Of a stretch of DNA of 5,033 bases, positions 1-4,088 are shown one piece after another. Origin of the DNA: a virus; IMG/VR virus record IMGVR_UViG_3300045988_055949, positions 1 through 5,033 of that record; one strand, 5' to 3'. Position numbers and translations under genes: made by a program. The stretch's first letter is position 1, and every line of letters begins with the position of its first letter. Below the pieces are notes generated by a model, which made no database searches, was not told the origin of the DNA, and saw only the letters and a program-made list of their open reading frames with translations.

Positions 1-95
1 ATGCCGGCAAGATTACCGGGGTTATAGCCTTTAAAGGACGGAAACATAGTCTGAAACTGCATTTGAGTATCAGCGGAAAGAAGAGGAGCATTGCC
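1..95. repeat. Left copy of the 95-nt direct terminal redundancy (identical to 4939-5033)
   Basis: I compared the two copies base by base and found 95/95 identity. The repeat lies inside the VP1 reading frame and joins it seamlessly, as expected for an overlap left by assembling a circular molecule. Confidence 0.97.
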
Positions 96-797
96 ATTGA
101 GAGGTAATTCAACACCGGGACCTTTTTGAGTCCACGGAAGAGCAGAAGTAAAGTAATCATGACGCTTACCACGAGGCGGACAGGCAAAGCCGCAAACAAG
201 TTTAGTACCTGACGAGAAAATCCAAGAAGGCTGCTCGGAAGCTCGGGCAGTGTCCACAACCTCGTTAGCATCGCTTTTTTGAATCTTTACAGACTTCTGC
301 AAGTTTTCGTCTCTAAACCATTCATTCCAAATAAGGTAAACACCACGAAATGGAAGAGCGCTAACACCAGATAAATTACCAGACGTATTCACGGGCAAGC
401 CGAAATAGTCCCAAAGAGAGCCTATGTATTCATTTTCAGAGTTATCAACAGCAGTAACAGTAGGGATAACATAATCAGTGCTATCATCAGGGTCTTCCTG
501 CTCAAAGCAGAAGTTCTGCCAGTGTTCCCAAACGAGGCGGTTTGGAACAAAAAAGAAAAACCAGTCCAGATAAATATTATCCATGATAGGCTTAATAGGA
601 GTAGCCAAACGAGCGAAATAATTAACAGACATACGAGTAGTATCGCCAGGCAAAACCTCGTCAACAAATACAGGTATGAGCTTACCTGAATCAAACGTTG
701 TCTTATAAACATGCGAGCGGTCAAATTTTGTCCTTCGCATATACATTGCAGGAGCATCGCTGAAGCGATGTCCTCGAACTCTAATTTTACGAGCCAA
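1..797 (-). CDS. VP1: Major capsid protein VP1 (F-like), 5' part. The gene is split by linearisation of a circular genome and continues at 4938 down to 4089. Bases 1-95 duplicate 4939-5033.
   Basis: My manual minus-strand translation from 797 is open all the way to position 1: (TTG)ARKIRVRGHRFSDAPAMYMRRTKFDRSHVYKTTFDSGKLIPVFVDEVLPGDTTRMSVNYFARLATPIKPIMDNIYLDWFFFFVPNRLVWEHWQNF...SLWDYFGLP...LPFRGVYLIWNEWFRDENL...GKRHDYFTSALPWTQKGPGVELPLNGNAPLLSADTQ. It then runs in frame into MQFQTMF, the first residues of track ORF 4089..5000 (5000 is equivalent to 62). The motifs FDRSH, KTTFD, LIP-F-DEVLPGDT, FFFFVPNRLVW, NEWFRD and HDYFTSALP are hallmarks of Gokushovirinae VP1. The in-frame stop upstream is at 833-831. 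The Shine-Dalgarno-like (SD) sequence AAGGTG (808-803) lies 5 nt before TTG at 797. Total length is 1647 nt, or 548 aa. Confidence 0.93.
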   Translation of the reverse strand, partial: MARKIRVRGHRFSDAPAMYMRRTKFDRSHVYKTTFDSGKLIPVFVDEVLPGDTTRMSVNYFARLATPIKPIMDNIYLDWFFFFVPNRLVWEHWQNFCFEQEDPDDSTDYVIPTVTAVDNSENEYIGSLWDYFGLPVNTSGNLSGVSALPFRGVYLIWNEWFRDENLQKSVKIQKSDANEVVDTARASEQPSWIFSSGTKLVCGFACPPRGKRHDYFTSALPWTQKGPGVELPLNGNAPLLSADTQMQFQTMFPSFKGYNPGNLAG

Positions 798-871
798 ATT
801 TTCACCTTCTTTGAAGTGTAAACCCAAGAATTATCCTAAAGCAAATCATTCTTAGGTTTTAGTTTATTTTT

Positions 872-920
872 GCGTCACCTACGCCAGTTACATCAAGTAA
901 GTAACTGGCTTCGGTGACGC
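872..920 (-). other. Two-tier perfect hairpin in the VP3-VP1 intergenic region (candidate ssDNA origin or structural element)
   Basis: On the plus strand the element reads GCGTCACC(872-879) TAC GCCAGTTAC(883-891) ATCAAGTAA(892-900) GTAACTGGC(901-909) TTC GGTGACGC(913-920). This gives 8 bp plus 9 bp of perfect stem, a 3x3 internal loop and a 9-nt apical loop. It starts 1 nt after the VP3 stop codon (923-921). On the coding strand it is followed by AAAAATAAAC rather than a U-tract, so it is not a canonical intrinsic terminator. Confidence 0.8.
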
Positions 921-1403
921 CTATTTCTGTATTTCTTCATCATTTTGTTTTAAAGTGTTACTTTCTTTTAATGTTTGTTCACTACTTATAGAATGTTGTG
1001 GTTCGTCAAAGGATAATTTACTACCATACAAACCTTCTCGTTGGAGATATTCGAGCGTTTCGGGATCGTTTAAATGGTTGATAAAATTCATAGGATCATG
1101 ACCAAATTTTGCTCGAACTTTTGCCGGTAAACTGTAAAACTCTTCACGAACTCCAGACACAAGTTCGAGAGCTGTGCTGTAGTCACCGGGGAGCGTTGCA
1201 TCTCCAAATTGAAGGAATGCGTATTGCGAACTATCACCAAGATCTAAAGTAGCTATGCCTCTCTGACCGTCGCAATACTTATTGACGATATAATTAATAT
1301 CAGCTTCTTCCTTCTCGTCCTGCACAGTAAGAGAAGGCATAGTAAACACAAGACCACAGTGATCATGGTCTTCTACAGGATCATAGGCAGATCTAAACTT
1401 CAT
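921..1403 (-). CDS. VP3: VP3 internal scaffolding protein
   Basis: The product is 160 aa. The motifs PSLTVQDEKEEADINYIVNKY and SLPAKVRAKFGHDPMNFINHLNDPETLEYLQREGL are characteristic of the Chlamydia-phage/gokushovirus scaffold family (Pfam Chlamy_scaf type). The tail is acidic. A strong SD sequence, AAAGGAGGTGA, lies 4 nt before ATG 1403. Confidence 0.88.
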   Translation of the reverse strand: MKFRSAYDPVEDHDHCGLVFTMPSLTVQDEKEEADINYIVNKYCDGQRGIATLDLGDSSQYAFLQFGDATLPGDYSTALELVSGVREEFYSLPAKVRAKFGHDPMNFINHLNDPETLEYLQREGLYGSKLSFDEPQHSISSEQTLKESNTLKQNDEEIQK

Positions 1404-1418
1404 AGTTTCACCTCCTTT

Positions 1419-1448
1419 CGTACGCGCCTAAACGCGGCGGGCGTAGCG
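1419..1448 (-). other. GC-rich imperfect hairpin immediately upstream of the VP3 ribosome-binding site
   Basis: The coding strand reads CGCTACGCCCGCCGCGTTTAGGCGCGTACG. TACGC pairs with GCGTA and GCC with GGC, with bulges, and CG pairs with CG across a 1-nt bulge. The segment stands out by eye as locally very GC-rich in an otherwise AT-leaning genome. It ends 1 nt before the AAAGGAGG run of the VP3 ribosome-binding site. Confidence 0.35.
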
Positions 1449-1451
1449 CAC

Positions 1452-1486
1452 AAAAAAAGGGCGATCTCTATGAGATCGTCCTTTTT
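1452..1486 (-). terminator. Intrinsic-terminator-like hairpin flanked by A7 and T5 (potentially bidirectional), between the VP5-like gene and VP3
   Basis: The coding-strand RNA would read AAAAA GGACGAUCUC AUA GAGAUCGCCC UUUUUUU. That is a 7-bp perfect stem plus two G-C pairs beyond one A.C mismatch, followed by U7. In the opposite orientation the mismatch becomes a G.U wobble (a 10-bp stem) and the tail is U5. The element lies 24 nt downstream of the VP5-like stop codon (1512-1510). Confidence 0.6.
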
Positions 1487-1503
1487 CTGATACGCTCTTT
1501 ATT

Positions 1504-1532
1504 AGATTATCATTGAATAGAATCCTTGTCAA
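1504..1532 (-). promoter_or_regulatory. Weaker promoter candidate at the 3' end of the VP5-like gene: TTGACA plus either TGnTAATCT (17-nt spacing) or GATAAT (15-nt spacing)
   Basis: This is the third and last TTGACA on the coding strand (1532-1527). Downstream it reads AGGATTCTATTCAATGATAATCT. The -10 is either TAATCT (1509-1504, 3/6 match, with a TG at the extended -10 position) or GATAAT at a suboptimal 15-nt spacing. Transcripts would begin about 10-15 nt before the terminator hairpin. Confidence 0.3.
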
Positions 1533-1800
1533 CATTTTGAACATAATCTACGGCGCGACCAACCAGTATAGGAATGCGGGATTCGTCAGAATGCTCAATA
1601 TAATAACGGCCATCAGTATCGCCAAGGTTACCGACATAATAAAGACTAAAATCTTCAGGATATTTACAAATAAGCATTTTATCATCATTAGCAATAGCCT
1701 CAAATCCTCTAAGAGCAAGCATGTCGTTATGATAAACCTGCGGTGGGCTAAACTGCTCAGCTTTGGAATCATAAATGGAATAAAGTCTCAGCAGAACCAT
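1510..1800 (-). CDS. Nonstructural protein, gokushovirus VP5/ORF5-like
   Basis: The sequence MVLLRLYSIYDSKAEQF...ALRGFEAIANDDKMLICKYPEDFSLYYVGNLGDTDG matches the pattern I recall for the small nonstructural protein annotated in many gokushoviruses: Y-S-I/V-Y-D-x-K-A near the N-terminus, then PEDF-x-L-x-x-I/V-G-x-F/L-D-D/T-x-x-G. The start is ambiguous. ATG 1800 directly abuts AAGGAG with no spacer, and the track's TTG 1818 has no SD sequence. Confidence 0.72.
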   Translation of the reverse strand: MVLLRLYSIYDSKAEQFSPPQVYHNDMLALRGFEAIANDDKMLICKYPEDFSLYYVGNLGDTDGRYYIEHSDESRIPILVGRAVDYVQNVDKDSIQ

Positions 1801-2008
1801 CTCCTTTTCTAAACGCAATTAAGTAGCGACGAATCATAAGATAAAGCATATTTGATATAACAAAATAATCATCATCAAGACGAATAACCTTACATCCATC
1901 AGGCTTAAGACGATAAGCAGCGTACTTGCTACCACGAAAAACAAAATCAAAAGATATATTTCGTTCACGGCAAAAACTTTTAACAGCTTCATATTCGCTA
2001 ATAAGCAT
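1769..2008 (-). CDS. Hypothetical 79-aa protein (ORFan between VP4 and the VP5-like gene)
   Basis: ATG 2008 has AAAGGAG (2018-2012) just upstream. The amino-acid composition looks ordinary (MLISEYEAVKSFCRERNISFDFVFRGSKYAAYRLKPDGCKVIRLDDDYFVI...). The 3' end overlaps the next gene by 32 nt in a different frame. I recognise no family. The last ~20 residues may simply be read-through into the overlap. Confidence 0.5.
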   Translation of the reverse strand: MLISEYEAVKSFCRERNISFDFVFRGSKYAAYRLKPDGCKVIRLDDDYFVISNMLYLMIRRYLIAFRKGDGSAETLFHL

Positions 2009-2026
2009 CAACTCCTTTCTGATTAA

Positions 2027-2055
2027 ATAATAACACAGTCATAACACTTTGTCAA
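2027..2055 (-). promoter_or_regulatory. Sigma70-type promoter candidate upstream of the 79-aa ORFan and VP5-like gene: TTGACA-17 nt-TATTAT
   Basis: On the coding strand, TTGACA (2055-2050, inside the last VP4 codons) is followed by the 17-nt spacer AAGTGTTATGACTGTGT and then TATTAT (2032-2027). The SD sequence AAGGAG (2017-2012) and ATG 2008 follow. The spacer and -10 region carry a direct repeat, GTGTTAT twice, with an 11-nt period. Confidence 0.55.
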
Positions 2056-2950
2056 GTTTTCTACCGAGAAAATGCTTATATTTACCTTCCTGAACTCTAC
2101 AGCGGTCAACAAGACGCTCAAAAGTGTTATTCTCGAGGTTGTGCATCATTTTTTCAATACGGTTATTGCGTACATATTCCATCCAATGAGGATGTGTTTC
2201 GTCAAATTTCTTATCATAATAACGAGGAGGACGCATCTTTTTGCCATTGATGACAACATAATCGTTAGAATAACATTCTTCACCATGTTCTGCAAGCCAT
2301 TTTCCGCCAATACCAGGGCGATTAGACGCGACCATGAATTCAGGAATGCGACCTTTATAGTGAGAAGGAGCATCTTTACCTGTCTGCTTTTTAACTATAT
2401 AGCGAGCGACATAGGCAGCAGCATCAAAACTAAAATCACCAATAAGATGCATACCGTATTTCCATACCCTGGCAAAACGAGCAGAAGTATAAGTGTTGTA
2501 GTTATCTGCACGGAATCGAAAAACTTTGTCATCAAAATCAATATTAAACAAAATATAATGATAATGGGGACGGCCATACAAATCACCATATTCACCACAG
2601 CCAAGGAAACGAATGCCAGAGCCATACTCACGACGAAGATTCTTCATGAAAGTCTGATGAAATTTCTTACTTAAGCTCTTATCACGTGGCAAATGATAAT
2701 TATCAAAAGTGCAAGTAACGAAATAAGCAGAAGAGGAAAGACGGGCTTCATGGACTGCACGGACAGCCCATTGTCTGCTATTCTCAAGACGACAGCCAAT
2801 GCACTGCTTACAAGCACAACGGAGAAAATGAGGGTCGTGAGATAATTCGGGGTGAGAGGCAAGGCTACCGTAAAAACTATAATGTTGTTTTCCACTTTTA
2901 GTAATCGCTCCTTCGACTGGGTACATAAGAATAGGATTATAACAAACCAT
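2039..2950 (-). CDS. VP4: VP4 rolling-circle replication initiator (HUH endonuclease, phiX174 protein A-like)
   Basis: Motif 1-like FVTCTF is present. The HUH motif PHYHYILF has H-Y-H encoded at 2566-2558. The two-tyrosine motif YVARYIVKK (Tyr codons at 2413-2411 and 2401-2399) has the same Y-x3-Y spacing I recall for phiX174 protein A. An N-terminal Cys cluster CACKQCIGC is encoded at 2818-2792. I prefer ATG 2950 over the track's GTG 2959 because AGGTGA (2961-2956) lies 5 nt upstream of it. Confidence 0.93.
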   Translation of the reverse strand: MVCYNPILMYPVEGAITKSGKQHYSFYGSLASHPELSHDPHFLRCACKQCIGCRLENSRQWAVRAVHEARLSSSAYFVTCTFDNYHLPRDKSLSKKFHQTFMKNLRREYGSGIRFLGCGEYGDLYGRPHYHYILFNIDFDDKVFRFRADNYNTYTSARFARVWKYGMHLIGDFSFDAAAYVARYIVKKQTGKDAPSHYKGRIPEFMVASNRPGIGGKWLAEHGEECYSNDYVVINGKKMRPPRYYDKKFDETHPHWMEYVRNNRIEKMMHNLENNTFERLVDRCRVQEGKYKHFLGRKLDKVL

Positions 2951-2967
2951 ATTAATCACCTGTACCG

Positions 2968-2996
2968 ATTGTATCAGGATTAAGTCAGAATGTCAA
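2968..2996 (-). promoter_or_regulatory. Sigma70-type promoter candidate upstream of VP4: TTGACA-17 nt-TACAAT
   Basis: On the coding strand, TTGACA (2996-2991, overlapping the J-like stop codon) is followed by the 17-nt spacer TTCTGACTTAATCCTGA and then TACAAT (2973-2968). The predicted start near 2961 falls at the edge of the VP4 SD sequence, so the leader would be very short. Confidence 0.55.
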
Positions 2997-3103
2997 ATCC
3001 TAAATCCACCTCGTCCTACTCTTTTAAAATTTCTACGACGAGATCTGGAGGTACGCCGAAAAAGACGGCGAGAACCTCGTTTAGATAAGCGACGTCGCCT
3101 CAT
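2993..3103 (-). CDS. Small arginine-rich DNA-binding/packaging protein (phiX174 J-like, gokushovirus VP8/ORF8-like), 36 aa
   Basis: My manual translation gives MRRRRLSKRGSRRLFRRTSRSRRRNFKRVGRGGFRI* with 17 of 36 residues R or K. It is too short for the ORF track. Its position between VP2 and VP4, its extreme basicity and the RGG-aromatic-R-hydrophobic C-terminus match the small basic proteins of Microviridae. ATG 3103-3101 overlaps the upstream stop codon (ATGA). Confidence 0.8.
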   Translation of the reverse strand: MRRRRLSKRGSRRLFRRTSRSRRRNFKRVGRGGFRI

Positions 3104-3339
3104 TTAGCATCCCTCCAAGAACCGAAAAAACGGCTAGTTTTTTTAGAATCATTCTTATTAGCAACTGGCTCAACAAGCTGCGCAACATCGGCTTGAAAAT
3201 CCGAGGCAACTTTTTTAGCAGTAACAGTATTCGAAGAAGCTCTACCTTTCAGAGCTTCGATCAGATCTACAACTTCCTGAATAAAAGGGACAACAACAGA
3301 AACGATAAAAGTCAGAATCATAGTAGTTTTGTTAGACAT
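3100..3339 (-). CDS. Hypothetical 79-aa protein with an N-terminal transmembrane helix (ORFan; membrane or lysis candidate)
   Basis: ATG 3339 is preceded by GGAAGGAGA (overlapping the VP2 stop codon) plus an 8-nt spacer. Residues 6-22 (TMILTFIVSVVVPFIQEVV) are hydrophobic and the rest is polar and basic. The stop TGA (3102-3100) overlaps the ATG of the next gene in an ATGA arrangement, which suggests translational coupling. I recognise no family. Confidence 0.6.
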   Translation of the reverse strand: MSNKTTMILTFIVSVVVPFIQEVVDLIEALKGRASSNTVTAKKVASDFQADVAQLVEPVANKNDSKKTSRFFGSWRDAK

Positions 3340-3344
3340 AAAAT

Positions 3345-4073
3345 TTATCTCCTTCCAAGATAGCGACCTCCGAGGAAGCCTATAACATTTTTGGCAATAG
3401 AACCAACACCACTAGCAACAGACCTAGGAGCACCTGAAAGACTTTCGATGTTCTTATAAAAATCACGTTCCATACCTGCCATTTCAGTTTGAATATTATC
3501 AAAAGCGGCGGCAGAATTGGCACGATTAGCAGAAGCAATGTTGTTCAAAACACCAGAGCTGAGATAAGAACCCTGAAGACGAAGGTTTTCAAGCTCCAAA
3601 TTCATCTTTTCAAGTTCATAACCAAGACGCTTTTCATAAGTCTGCTCACGCAAATTCAAATCATTTGCAAGTATACCGTTCTGAAGAACTGTTCCATGGG
3701 TGCTCTGACGCACAGAATCGGCTTCTGCGACGTTTTTATCAATTTGAGATACTGCAAGATGCTCAGCATTCTTTGCCTGCCTTTCAGCGGCGCTAGCGGC
3801 TTTAGCAGAATTCATAGTAGAACCAATATCACTCATACCTACAGAAGCAGCTGAAGCTCCAGATATAGAACCGCCTATACCATTAGTTGCGGCAAGAACA
3901 GGATTAAGACCAGCAGAGCGCATATCTTCTACGGCCCATTGATAACGATGTTTATAATTTTCAACGTTCCACGCGTTCTGCTGTTCGGCATTAGCAGAAT
4001 TGTAATGATCCTGAACTGCAGATCCTAAAACAGAACCGGCAATACTGCCTAAAGTATTAGAAAGCCATGACAT
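3345..4073 (-). CDS. VP2: VP2 minor capsid / DNA pilot protein (H-like)
   Basis: The product is 242 aa. It sits directly downstream of VP1, as in Gokushovirinae. The N-terminus is Gly/Ser/Ala-rich. It carries the family-typical motif NYKHRYQWAVEDMRSAGLNPVLA, a central heptad-like segment (EKRLGYELEKMNLELENLRLQ) and a Gly-rich C-terminus. The SD sequence AAGGAG lies 8 nt upstream of ATG 4073. Confidence 0.85.
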   Translation of the reverse strand: MSWLSNTLGSIAGSVLGSAVQDHYNSANAEQQNAWNVENYKHRYQWAVEDMRSAGLNPVLAATNGIGGSISGASAASVGMSDIGSTMNSAKAASAAERQAKNAEHLAVSQIDKNVAEADSVRQSTHGTVLQNGILANDLNLREQTYEKRLGYELEKMNLELENLRLQGSYLSSGVLNNIASANRANSAAAFDNIQTEMAGMERDFYKNIESLSGAPRSVASGVGSIAKNVIGFLGGRYLGRR

Positions 4074-4088
4074 AAAGAAAACTCCTTT

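Noticed and set aside
1-95. Interpreting the 95-nt identical ends as biological terminal repeats (LTR/DTR) or as a mobile-element boundary
   Set aside because: The repeat lies inside a coding frame that it closes perfectly, and Microviridae genomes are circular ssDNA. An assembly overlap of a circular contig explains it completely.
422-805. Minus-strand 127-aa ORF starting at GTG 805, out of frame within VP1
   Set aside because: Its translation is a long Leu/Ile/Trp-rich string of the kind produced by frame-shifted reading of a real gene. The alternative frame over the same bases gives textbook VP1 motifs. Overprinting does exist in Microviridae (phiX174 E and K), so it cannot be formally excluded, but nothing here supports it.
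830-835. A GATAAT -10-like hexamer upstream of VP1 as a capsid promoter
   Set aside because: No acceptable -35 element lies 16-18 nt upstream (AACCTA at 17 nt). TTGCTT is only 3 nt away. A single AT-rich hexamer in an AT-rich spacer is not evidence.
2146-2895. Three same-strand, off-frame hydrophobic ORFs inside VP4 (2146..2373, 2395..2631, 2671..2895), and 1548..1772 inside the VP5-like gene, considered as overprinted E-like lysis genes
   Set aside because: Two of them start at GTG with no convincing SD sequence. For 2895 the AAGGAG is 12 nt away and arises from VP4 codons. The extreme hydrophobicity is what a shifted frame of a T-rich-second-position sequence would produce. Without comparative evidence for dual-frame constraint they are best treated as artefacts. 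They could be revisited with synonymous-rate analysis of VP4 in relatives.
2975-3000. Short inverted repeat AGGATT...AATCCT after the J-like stop codon, considered as a terminator
   Set aside because: It has only 6 bp with a 14-nt loop and no U-tract. The bases are better explained as the -35 and spacer of the VP4 promoter candidate.
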